51,371 bases of DNA from a virus (Duplodnaviria > Caudoviricetes), in IMG/VR virus record IMGVR_UViG_3300032239_000452, positions 1 to 51,371 of that record. One strand, written 5' to 3'. The translations under genes were made by a program, and so were the position numbers. Positions 9,014 to 19,500 of the stretch are shown here, in pieces. How positions within the stretch are numbered: the first letter of the stretch is position 1; every line of letters starts with the position of its first letter. The notes under the pieces were generated by a model that was not told the origin of the DNA, ran no database searches, and saw nothing but the letters and a program-made list of their open reading frames with translations.

Positions 9014-9955
9014 ATGAGCAACTTAGCCATTTTTGGCGGCGCAGCCGTCCCCGCATTCGCTCGCAACAACGAGCTTTCTGATACCGCCAAGGCCCTGATG
9101 GGCGGCGCAGCCGGTGTAAGCACCAAGCGCATCTCAATCAAGGGCGGCGTGTTCCGCCTGCTGGCCGGAGGCAAAGAAGTCGCATCCATTGATGAGCGCC
9201 ACTTGGACGTCATCGTGGTCAAGGCTGCATCCAAAGTCAGCCGCGTGTTCTACGCCAAGTCCTACGATGCAGAAGCCATCAGCGGCCCTGACTGCTGGAG
9301 CAACGATGGCGAGAAGCCTGACAACACCGCTGCCAATAAGCAAGCCGACACCTGCATGGCTTGCCCGCAGAACGTAGCCGGTTCGGGTCAAGGCAACAGC
9401 CGCGCCTGCCGCTACCAACAGCGCTTGGCTGTGGTGCTGGCCAACAACCCCGAGGGCGACGTGCTCCAGTTGACGCTGCCAGCTACGTCAGTTTTCGGTA
9501 AGGAAGAAGGCGACAAGCGTCCGTTGCAGGCTTTTGTGCGCTATTTGGCTGTCCAAAACCCCCCGATCAACCCTGAGCAGATCGTGACCCGCATGAAGTT
9601 TGACACCAAAGCGGAGAGCCCCAAGTTAGTGTTTGCCCCAGTACGTTGGTTGACCGAGGACGAGTATGCTGTGGTCAAGACGCAGGGTGAATCCGAGGAA
9701 GCCAAGCGTGCGGTTGTGATGACTGTGAGCCAAACCGATGGTGTAAAGTCTGCCCCCTTGAAGCTGGAAGGTAAACCCCTTGCTGCCCCCGCAGAGGAAG
9801 AAGCGCCAGCACCCAAGGCCAAAGCCAAAGCTGCACCTGTGGAAGCTGAGGCGGAAGCCGAGCCTGAGAAACGCAAGACCCCATCGAAGACCAACGCAGT
9901 GCCTGCGGCAAAGAGTGATTTGCAAGGCATCGTTGCCGACTGGGACGACGAGTAA
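9014..9955 (+). CDS. putative single-stranded DNA-binding / annealing protein
   Basis: RISIKGG.F, Cys cluster (CWS, C..CP.N, ACR), Ala/Glu/Pro linker and acidic tail WDDE; lies between helicase and primase. Confidence 0.6.
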   Translation: MSNLAIFGGAAVPAFARNNELSDTAKALMGGAAGVSTKRISIKGGVFRLLAGGKEVASIDERHLDVIVVKAASKVSRVFYAKSYDAEAISGPDCWSNDGEKPDNTAANKQADTCMACPQNVAGSGQGNSRACRYQQRLAVVLANNPEGDVLQLTLPATSVFGKEEGDKRPLQAFVRYLAVQNPPINPEQIVTRMKFDTKAESPKLVFAPVRWLTEDEYAVVKTQGESEEAKRAVVMTVSQTDGVKSAPLKLEGKPLAAPAEEEAPAPKAKAKAAPVEAEAEAEPEKRKTPSKTNAVPAAKSDLQGIVADWDDE

Positions 9956-9961
9956 TTAACA

Positions 9962-9979
9962 AGGGGGCTTCGGCCCCCT
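9962..9979 (+). terminator. C(UUCG)G hairpin without U tract (stability, pause or weak terminator element)
   Basis: AGGGGGC-TTCG-GCCCCCT right after the stop at 9955. Confidence 0.5.
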
Positions 9980-9986
9980 CAAGACT

Positions 9987-10265
9987 ATGGCCTACTCACA
10001 AAAAACTAAAGACTTAATAACGCACGCTCCGCGAACCCCCGGCAATACGCTTGGGCGCTGGGCTGTCCACCTTGAGTTTCCTGTGACCAAGATTGCCTAC
10101 GCCTTGGGCGTAACGCGTCAGACGGTCTACAACTGGTTTGCTGGTAAGGAAGTTTTTGTCGCGTATCAACAGCGCGTGGAACTGCTTAACAGCATCATGT
10201 CAACATCACAAACTGCCGACGAAGCATGGAGAAGAATATGCACAGCCTACAACCTCAATCCCTAA
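9987..10265 (+). CDS. Cro/XRE-like HTH transcriptional regulator
   Basis: VTKIAYALGVTRQTVYNWFAG. Confidence 0.8.
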   Translation: MAYSQKTKDLITHAPRTPGNTLGRWAVHLEFPVTKIAYALGVTRQTVYNWFAGKEVFVAYQQRVELLNSIMSTSQTADEAWRRICTAYNLNP

Positions 10266-10414
10266 CCAACGACGAACTGGAGCGCCTGACGTACATCGCG
10301 GGCTTTAACATCCTGCCCCTTGATTGGGCCAAAGAAATGCTACGCCGCACCGATAAAGATTGGAACCCCGAACCTGCACAAAACCCTGACCAGCTTGAAT
10401 TAGACCTGTCTTAA
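10226..10414 (+). CDS. hypothetical protein
   Basis: Short ORF filling the gap; the start may be the ATG at 10238 after GGAG. Confidence 0.6.
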   Translation: MEKNMHSLQPQSLTNDELERLTYIAGFNILPLDWAKEMLRRTDKDWNPEPAQNPDQLELDLS

Positions 10415-10433
10415 CCATTTCCCAAGGATACCT

Positions 10434-13391
10434 ATGGAACCGCTTGAGTTTCTAGCGGAGGTACTGCCGCCCCCGGGCAATGGTAGGTACTGTGTTGTTG
10501 AATTATCAAAGCGTAAGGAGCACGTTTATGTAGACACGTTGGATCAGGCGCAGACAAAGATAGACGCATGGAACAAGCAAGGGCTTGACGTTTATTTTGC
10601 GCTTGGTACCTTTGGGGATTTGGACAGCCGAGTCGCAACCAATGTGCAGATGGTTCGCTGCATTGCAGTGGACGTAGATTGCAATCACCCCAAGGATATA
10701 CCTGACCCCGAAACAGGCGAGTTAAAAGCCAAGGCGTACCCATCGGCCAAGGTAGCAGCTCAAGCCATCATGCAGTTCGCCGATGAGGTGGGACTGTCGG
10801 GGCTGGGCAATCCTTGGCTGGTGGCTTCGGGCGGTGGGGTGCACGCATACTGGCCGTTCAAAGAGGCCGTGGATATCAATGAGTGGAAGCCGGTGGCCGA
10901 GGGGTTCAAGCGCTTGTGCTTTCAAAAGAAGCTGGCTATCGACCAAACGATTACGGCTGACGCCTCTCGGGTGCTGCGCGTCTTTGATACGGTCAACACC
11001 GGCGTCAAGGGTAAGAAGAAAGTCCGCGAGGTCACGCAGGTTAAATTTAAAAACGCTGGCGACCACTTTGACTTCAACGATATCCGTGCGCTGGTGGAGA
11101 AGCACTTGGTAGGTACGGCCTACGAAGTCAAGGCCCCACGCGAGGACGCGTTGCTGCTGCCGGGTACACGCCCGACCCAAGCCCCATCGAGCACGATGCT
11201 GGATATGTTTAAGAACTCGGTCACCAAGTTCGGCAATATTTACAAGGCGACCAAGGCAGGTCGAGGCTGCGAGCAACTTCGATACTACGCGGAGCACGCA
11301 TCCGAAGACGGCATGGAGCCGCTGTGGCGGGCGCATTTAAGCATTGCACAGAAGTGCGAGGACGGCGAGCGGGCAGTGCTGTGGCTAACCGAGCAGCACC
11401 CCTACGACGAAGATCGGATGCGCACCAAGCTGGCCGAGATCAAGGGGCCATACCCCTGCACCAAGTTTGACTCAGAGAACCCCGGCGTGTGTACAACGTG
11501 TACACACTGGGGCAAGATCACCAATCCATTGGCGCTGGGCCGGGAAACGGCAGTAAGTACTGAGGTCAAAGAGATCGTTGTCGAGCAAGAGAACGGCCAT
11601 CAGGAAAAGATTGTGCGCCCTGAGCCACCGCGTGGTTATGCGTACGGCCAGCACGGCGGGGTATTTATGGAACGCGACGATGAGGATGCGGATGGTAAAA
11701 AGACCAAGCGCCAAATCATGCTGCTGCCGTTTGACCTGTTCCCTGTTGACATACTAAACATCAAGGGCGAGCACACCATTTACATGATGGCGCTGCGTAA
11801 GACCGGCCCGCAAGAAGTGACACTGCCGCAGAGGGCGATTGTGAGTAAAGACGAGACACTTAAAAATTTGGCTGGACAAAACATCGTGGCCGCGTTTGGC
11901 GCTGGCAATGACAAGAATTTGTTTGACTATGTACGTGCGTCTGTGGAGAAGCTGAGCAGCGAGAAAGCGCCTGTTGAAGTGCCTGACCATTACGGCTGGC
12001 AACCTGACGACACGTTCCTGCACGGCGGCATGATCTACAAGGCCAACGAAAAGCCAGTGCGCATACCGCTGCCGGGGCTGGAGAACATCGTCACCAATAC
12101 GCATATCACCGGCACGATGGAGAACTGGCTGAAGTTTATAAACCTGCTCGTCTCACGCAAGCTATGGGATCAACTAGCCGTCCTCTTCTTGGGCGCTGGT
12201 GCACCGCTGATGCGCTTTACTGGACTGTACGGCCTGACGGTTCACTGCTGCTCAACGGCATCGGGTACAGGCAAGTCGCTGGCGCTTGACGGTGCTGCGT
12301 CTATTTGGGGTCACCCAATGCACTACCGTACAGGATCGCAGACTTCGCCTGTTGCGATGCAGCAACGCTTGGGCATGCTACACAGCCTGCCGTTTATCAG
12401 CGACGAGATCACCACGCTGAACCATAAAGACGTGGAGTGGTACCCCGCTTTTACCATGACCGTCAGCGAGGGGCGTGGCAAGGAACGTATGGAGTCTGGT
12501 GCCAACAAGGAACGGCTGAACCTGTCTACGTGGGCGACGATAGCGCTGCTGTCTTCCAACACGCACGGCGTGGATTACATGACCGGGGTGCGTAAGTTCT
12601 CCTCCGAGGGTGAGCTGCGCCGCCAGTTGGAGTGGATCATCAACGAGAAGCAGTCTTGGACGCCCGAAGAGATTGAGATCATCAAGTCCATCCAAGACAA
12701 CTATGGCGTGGCTGGGGATGTGTGGTCGCAGTACTTGGTGGACAACACCGAGGCCGTGAAGGAGATGACCAAGAAGACCGTGACGCAAATGTACAAGGTC
12801 TTCCATGCCCCCAACGACGAGCGCTTTTGGATGGCTGGGGTAGGTTGCGGAGTGACAGCGGCATTGTGTTTCGGCAGTAAGTACGCTGGCATTGTTGACG
12901 TACCAATCGAACCTATGATAGAGAGCTACCGCCGCGTTATTAACACGGTGCGCGATGCCATGACGAAGAACAAGCGCAGCGCCGAGGACGTACTCAACAG
13001 CTTCATACAGGAGCACTTTGGCAAGTTTGTCATCGTGCATTACGGCGACAAGGCTGGGCCTATGGCGCGGCTTGGAGACAGTACCGCTGTGGATAAGAAC
13101 ACAACCCGGGCGCAGATCATGGGCCGCATCGAACACGGCGTCTCTGTGGGGTACGTGGACTTTTACATCGAGGAGCGCGTGCTCAAGTCATACTGCTCGG
13201 GCTTTAGCTTTGGCTATGCCGAATTCAAGGCGCAGATTGAGAAGCAGTTTGTGGTGTCCTACTTAGCCAAGAAGGACTTGCTGTCCAAGACCAACGGCCC
13301 ACCAATGCGTGTGTCGGTCATTAAAATCACCCGAGAGGAGGATCAGCTTGACGAAGAAGTTAAAAATCCGCTGGCCTTGGCACAGAGTTGA
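10434..13391 (+). CDS. primase-helicase fusion (N-terminal AEP/RepB-like primase, Cys cluster, DUF927-type P-loop helicase)
   Basis: VDVD, SGGGVHAYW, DASRVLR, C..C.H, GTGKS Walker A, ISDE Walker B, GRGKERM. Confidence 0.85.
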   Translation: MEPLEFLAEVLPPPGNGRYCVVELSKRKEHVYVDTLDQAQTKIDAWNKQGLDVYFALGTFGDLDSRVATNVQMVRCIAVDVDCNHPKDIPDPETGELKAKAYPSAKVAAQAIMQFADEVGLSGLGNPWLVASGGGVHAYWPFKEAVDINEWKPVAEGFKRLCFQKKLAIDQTITADASRVLRVFDTVNTGVKGKKKVREVTQVKFKNAGDHFDFNDIRALVEKHLVGTAYEVKAPREDALLLPGTRPTQAPSSTMLDMFKNSVTKFGNIYKATKAGRGCEQLRYYAEHASEDGMEPLWRAHLSIAQKCEDGERAVLWLTEQHPYDEDRMRTKLAEIKGPYPCTKFDSENPGVCTTCTHWGKITNPLALGRETAVSTEVKEIVVEQENGHQEKIVRPEPPRGYAYGQHGGVFMERDDEDADGKKTKRQIMLLPFDLFPVDILNIKGEHTIYMMALRKTGPQEVTLPQRAIVSKDETLKNLAGQNIVAAFGAGNDKNLFDYVRASVEKLSSEKAPVEVPDHYGWQPDDTFLHGGMIYKANEKPVRIPLPGLENIVTNTHITGTMENWLKFINLLVSRKLWDQLAVLFLGAGAPLMRFTGLYGLTVHCCSTASGTGKSLALDGAASIWGHPMHYRTGSQTSPVAMQQRLGMLHSLPFISDEITTLNHKDVEWYPAFTMTVSEGRGKERMESGANKERLNLSTWATIALLSSNTHGVDYMTGVRKFSSEGELRRQLEWIINEKQSWTPEEIEIIKSIQDNYGVAGDVWSQYLVDNTEAVKEMTKKTVTQMYKVFHAPNDERFWMAGVGCGVTAALCFGSKYAGIVDVPIEPMIESYRRVINTVRDAMTKNKRSAEDVLNSFIQEHFGKFVIVHYGDKAGPMARLGDSTAVDKNTTRAQIMGRIEHGVSVGYVDFYIEERVLKSYCSGFSFGYAEFKAQIEKQFVVSYLAKKDLLSKTNGPPMRVSVIKITREEDQLDEEVKNPLALAQS

Positions 13392-13596
13392 GCAGGGGCG
13401 GGGGTTCTTTGTCCCCTGCCTAGACACGGAGACCCTCCGCAGGGAGGGTCTTCACAAAGCTATGGAAGCTCGTGTATTTAACGCCCACGCCGTTGTGGGC
13501 GTTCATGCTGGGCGCTACGGCCTGCTGTTCTTTAGGGGCGCGCAACCGCCAATTGCCTCTCAGCGAAAGCAGTCCGCCGCGCCTGCCAGTCCGTAA
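13348..13596 (+). CDS. small hypothetical protein after the primase
   Basis: TTG 13348 behind GAGGAGG; PW....G.GFFVPCLD motif; 3' end overlaps the convergent gene by 65 nt. Confidence 0.55.
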   Translation: MTKKLKIRWPWHRVEQGRGFFVPCLDTETLRREGLHKAMEARVFNAHAVVGVHAGRYGLLFFRGAQPPIASQRKQSAAPASP

Positions 13597-16500
13597 GCCA
13601 CGTACGTTTTTCGGCGGGAGTCATGGTCTTGGATGCCATAACCGCAGTACGTTGCTGGTTCATCGTGTTCATGGTGCTGGTAAACCCAGACGCCAATCCT
13701 GCCTTGTTGAACTCTTCGGCGTAGCGGTTTTTGTACGCCTCGGCTTTGGCGGGGTCTTTTGCCAGCAGGTCTTTGTACGTTGCCTGTACCCGAGAAATCT
13801 CGGTCATGGTTTTGTACGCCTGCTCCACGATGCCGCCTGCGTCCTCGGGCTGGAACGTGCTGCCAATAACAGGCATGCCGGAGAGTTTGGCTTCGGGGCC
13901 GGTGTTCTCTTTGCCAAAGACTAGGTGGCTTGCCATGTTCATAATAGCCAGCCCCAAGCCGCCGGTGTACCCTTGCAGCAAGTGGTCGATCTTGATTGGC
14001 GATACGTCCAGTTCTTCTCCCAAAGCATCCGCAAACGGTGATGTGCCTTGGCGTGTGCGGTAGCCCGGCTGCATAGCCTGCTCATGCTTGCTCTCAAGGT
14101 CGCGGCCTGTGTAGAAGGACTTGCCCAAGTACGCTTCAATGCCGGGGCGCAGCGCCAGCGGGATGCCAAGCGTGTCACCGCCGGGGATCATTTTCTGCGT
14201 AATTAACCGCATGCCTTCGGCGGCGTCTTCGCCTTTGCCATACAGGGCATTGACCAGCGCTTCTGGCACGGCCTTAAACAACATACCGGCTTCAAACGGA
14301 ATGGGGACGCGAACAGGCTCGTCTAATCCGGGGAAACCAACAAACCAGTTGTTGTACTTCTGGTCGGGCAATGCGTTCTTGTACGCCTTGTCGTCTTGCA
14401 TCATGGCTGCGTACAACATAGTGCCGCCAGCAACCAGCATGCCGCGCTGGAATATCTTCTCGCGGATTTTAAGTTTTTCGTTAAACGGCATGTTGCCGCG
14501 CAACGCTTGCACCAAGGTGTTGATACCTTGAATCTGCGAATTGATAAACGGATTGAGCGTGTTGAGTACGTGGATACTTGGGGAGATTCCGCGCTTGGTA
14601 AAGTTCATGGACTCCAGCGCCATGTAGCTCGCTTCCATATCCGACAGCCCCTGCTTGCGGTAGCTCTCGTAACGGATCTGACGCGTCATAGCGTCTGCCT
14701 TGGCGTGCAGCACGTGGGCCTTGGCCAGCAGAGTTTCCCATCCGGGCTTGCCCGACTGGACTTCACGCAGTATCTTTGACATGTCTTCGGGCAGGCCTTG
14801 GAATACCTCGCCGCCGGACAAGCCACGGCGCTCCATCAAGTTATCGCCTACGCTCTTAAACGCTGCCCCAATACTGTCAAAGTTAGAACCCGCCGTCATG
14901 GCCGAGGACAACGTATCCTTGAACAGAATCCGTCCGGCAGACACTGGGTTCGCGGTGAACATACTGCGTACTAAGCGCCCGGGAAGTCCCATGATGCGCA
15001 GCAACGAGCTGGTCTGGACGGGGATACCCTCCATGCCTTTAACCAACAGATCGGCGGGGATGTCGTTGCTGTCTTTGACCATCGCATGGTACGCCTCGCC
15101 GTCTTTCTTAAAGTTAAAGACGTTCTTGCCGGAAGCAGTGCCTTTGCCGATAACCGCCATACCAATGTCGCGTAGGTTGTAGGCCACGCCCAGCGCAGCT
15201 TGATTACGCAGGCCCATCTCCAGCAGCATATTGGCGTTACGCACAGCCGCCGTATTGAAATCCATGATGCGCTCGTTGCCGCCCACAAGCTCGTGCAGGT
15301 ACGGCTGGCCTTTGATGTTACCAATGCGGGAGATTTCCTCGTTGCCCATCATGAGCGCGACTTCGCCGTTGGCTTTTTCGCGGTAGTAGGGAACGTAGTC
15401 AGCGCTTGACAGCATCTTGGCGGCTACGTCTTTGGACAGGAATCGTGCCTTGACGGCAAAGTTAATCAGGCCGTGGTTGAACTTTTGGTACTCTTCGTGC
15501 GCAGCGTCAAAAATCTTTTCCAGTCCGGGCTTGGCGCGGATCTCATCCATCGCAGCTTTCAAGTCGGCGGCTGTGACGGCCTTGTCGTAGTTCAGCTTAT
15601 CCAAACCAACACGCTCAGCACGGCGGGCAATGCTGTACAGGGAGAACAGGCTGTTTGTAGCCGGTTGCCCACCAGTAATGTTGTTGGCGTTGGACAGGAG
15701 TTTGTTTACGTTGACGAGGTTAGCGCCATTTGCAGCTTGGTATACCCACTCCTTCTTGCCGTCTGCGCGGGTAATCTCCATGCGCTGCAATGGGCCGTGG
15801 CCCACAACTTGGCCTAGCAGATTCATACGCTGCCCAACCATACGCAAGTCGTGCATCATCTGGGTGCCGGACAGCGAGTCCATCAGCTTGGAGGCTTTGG
15901 CCAAGGGCGCAAACTGGTCAACCATCTTGGTCATGAACTCAAGACCAGCGTGGCCAAAAGACATCCCGTTGTAACGCTCGGTCAAAGACTTTTCGGTTGA
16001 TACGACTTTCTTTGCCAGTGCGCCAGCCTTGGAGAACCCTTCGGCGTATTCGGGTGGTGCATTAAAGACATCGCCCCCCGCTTCAAGCGGTTCATTGTGC
16101 CGCATCGTCTTCCAGTCCACCGGCATAGCGTTTACTTTTTCGGTGTGCTCCATCACCTCGTCGGTAACTTCCAACGCATCGTGCAGGAGCGAGCGCTCCT
16201 CGGGTTTAACAAAACGCAGGAAAGTAGCAAATGCATTTACCAAACGAGTATAGACAGACTGTTTGGGCGTGATAGATGGGATCTGCTGGAGCAAATCTTG
16301 GAACTGTTTGTTGGAAAAGACCTCAGCCAAAAACTCGTGGTTGTTGGTAAGACCATACGCCTTATACCCTTCTACGTTTGTTTTTAACCAGTTGCCTTTT
16401 TCACGGTAGTACTTTTTACCTTCGGCTGTATTAAGCCAGTTAGTAACAGTATTACGCATTTCCGTTATGCGACGATTTAAGTTAACGTCCGTAAGAACCC

Positions 16501-19500
16501 CACGCGATGTTGCAGCGTGCAGCAACTCATGCAACAAAACATTAGTGGCTTTGTTACTGGCTTTTGGGCTAGGAACTAGGACGTAGTTCTTTGCTGGGTC
16601 GTAATGCCCAATGGCCTCTCCCGGTTTTCCGTCTTTGGTTGTGTACTTACCTCTTTCGGATGTAACAAATACGCGGCCCTGCATGTCGCTAGTGGGCGCG
16701 CTCTTCAATACTTCCGCCAGTATGTTAAACAGTTTTTTGTTCAGCGGGGTGCGGGCATTCTTTGCACCAATAAGCGCAGCCTCGGAGTACGTCTTCCCAT
16801 GCAACTCGTGCGTGGGATCCATCTTGGTGTTGTACTGCTTGTCGATTGCCCGGCCCATAGACTCAACACCGGAGTCGATATCTTCTTGGGTAAGCGCGGG
16901 CTTCTTAGCCTTCGGCTCTGTTTTTGGCTCTACTTTTGGCTCTACTTTGGGCACTGCTTTTTTGGCAGCAGGTGCTGTTTTTGGCTTTGGCTCTGGCGTT
17001 GGCTCTGGTTTGGCCTCTTCTTCGCTGTACAGAGCGCCAAGTGCATCTTCGTTAGCCCGGGCACGTTTGAGATCGCTCTCAACCATTTCTTTTTGATGCA
17101 GCAAATCTTTACGGTACTCAGGATCTTTCAGCTTGGCACTAACGGCTTTTTCCGAGAACGCTAGTTTCTCGTTGATCTCGGCAAGGTTACGTTCTAGGTT
17201 GCGGCGCATGGACTGCGCAGCATCAAACAACTGGAGGTGCTGATTTAAGTTGAGCTTGTTAACTTCTTCTTCGGTCAACGGCTCACGAGCTGCAATCTTT
17301 TCTGCGGCAATTTTGTTGGCAGATGCAACCGCCTCTTTGGGTGTAATGCCTTTAACTTGCCCAGCTTGTCGGGCAGGATTGGCACCGCCAAGCTCGCGCT
17401 CGCCCCTAGTTTCCAAGTTGCCTGTGCGCACATCTCCGGCGGTAACCTCGCGCCGAACCATAGGGCCAATGACCCGTGGGGGCAGTTTGCCAAGCGTTTC
17501 ATCTTGCTCAAGCGTTGCGGTTCTTTCTAGGAACTCACGCGCCATGTTCTCTGCCGCAGCTTTTTCTTTGGCGTGCGTAGTCTCTATTTGGATGCGCTCA
17601 GCACGCTTACCAAAACCACGAATGATTGTTGTCAGTTCTCTTTCTCGGCGTTGGGATTTAGCCAACTCTTGTTTGCGAGAACTGATTGGGTTTTCAGCAA
17701 CCAAAGCTTCTTGGTTTTTAATTTTGACCCGCAGCTTTGCCAGTTCTTCTTCGGCTTGCAGCCGTAACTCGTTGTTACCTTCGGTGCTACCACGCAAAAA
17801 CTTCTTGGCCAGTTCCAGCTTTCTGAGTTCGCGGTTGGCTTTGTCGCGGGTAGTTTTAGGCAACGACTCGTCGTTGGTTTTGTTTGTAAGTTCTTGTATG
17901 CGCGGAGTCACGTCATCAAGAACCGACAGCGCCTTTTTGTGGGCCTCAAAAGAAATGGACTCACCCGGAATAGTAGCCAAACGAGCATTGCGCTCATTCT
18001 CTTCTTTACGTTTGGCGGCATCCGCAGCCTCGCGTTCTACTTGGGTTACAGGGCGCTCGACTTTGGGTGGGGTAGCCAACGCCTCTTTCTCAGCGTTAGT
18101 GACCGGCAAGGGCGCTTCTTCTTGCGTAAACAGTCCGCGCTGTTTCTGACGCTTAGCATAGTCCAGCTTGTCCAGTTCATTGACAATAGTGCGCTCACGC
18201 AAAACATCCGGCGCAGCAATGACGTCGGGGTGCAGTTGGGCTGTGCGTGTTTTGTGCAACCACTCGGCCAACATGTTGGCGCGGTCTTTGTTACTGGCAA
18301 ACTCGTTGAAGTTGCGGACAACCCGATCAATTATTTTTTCTGCGTGGTCTGGCAGGTTGTGCGGCATGGCCGCGATTTGCTCGCGCAGCGATTTGGGCGT
18401 TGTATTTGTCGGGGTAAATGTCCGGGCAAATGTCTCAGCCTGCGCACCGGTAGCAGTAAGGCCCGTACCCGCAAGCTGCTTAGCCAACTCAGCGTCAGTT
18501 AATTCACCTTTGGGGCCAATGCCACGGGCTGCTTCGGAACGGGCTTTGGATCGCTCGGCCATGATGCGCATCTGCTCGATGGCGTTTTGCATACCCAAAC
18601 GGTCGCGTGCTTGCTTTGCAGCTTGGAACTCTTGTATTAGCTGCGCCCGGGTCTTCTCTGGGGCTTTGCCGCCACCGACATTGATGCGTGACTCTGCCGT
18701 CTCGGGGAACAACAGGCCTTGGTCAGTCCTTGACGTGTCAACCCTACGCGCTTCCATGCGGGCACGCATTTTGGCAATCTGGTCTTCATCAAATCCTTGC
18801 TTGCGCATCTCGTCCAGCTTGGCCAAGTCTTGCATGTAGGACGTTACGTTGGGTTCGCCTTCTGGTACGGTTGGCGTTGTGCCCACATCTTGGTTTTCCA
18901 AGTCCGCTTGGCGGCGGGCAAACTCGGCTTCAGCGTCAGCCTTGTTCTTTGCAAGGGCCTGCTGGCGTTTGCTGTAATCCGCAATCTGCTGCTCACGCTG
19001 TTTCTTCAAGTCGTCCAGCGTAGCGGAGTGCTTGTCTGTTGCCTCCAAGTCCTGCGCCTGTGCAGCTTCCACCAATTTTTTGTGCGTGGCTTGAATGCTC
19101 TTGTCGACGTTAGACAGCGCTGCTTGGTGCGCGGTATCAAGTTCTTCGGCTGTTTGTACCGAACCGCCCAGCTTCTCGATGTTGGCTGCGGACTCGTCGA
19201 TCTTTGTCTTTAGCGCCTCGATCTGCGGGCGCAGTGTGCGCAGCGCATTTGTGTCTTGTGCCTGCGCTGCCTTGGTAAATTGATCTTGCAACGGAGTCAA
19301 CTGCTGCTGTAGCAGTTTGTGCGTGTCCATTGCCTGCTGCACGTCCGTTGTCATGGACGGTGGTTTGGGGACTTCTGTTGTCGGGGGCGCAGCCGGAGTG
19401 ATCGGGTTCTGCTGGATTTCTCGATACTTGTCGATAACTCCTCGCGTCTCCTCAGAGTTCATGAACTCCTTAAATGCACGGCGGGCTTCGTCTTTGGCTT

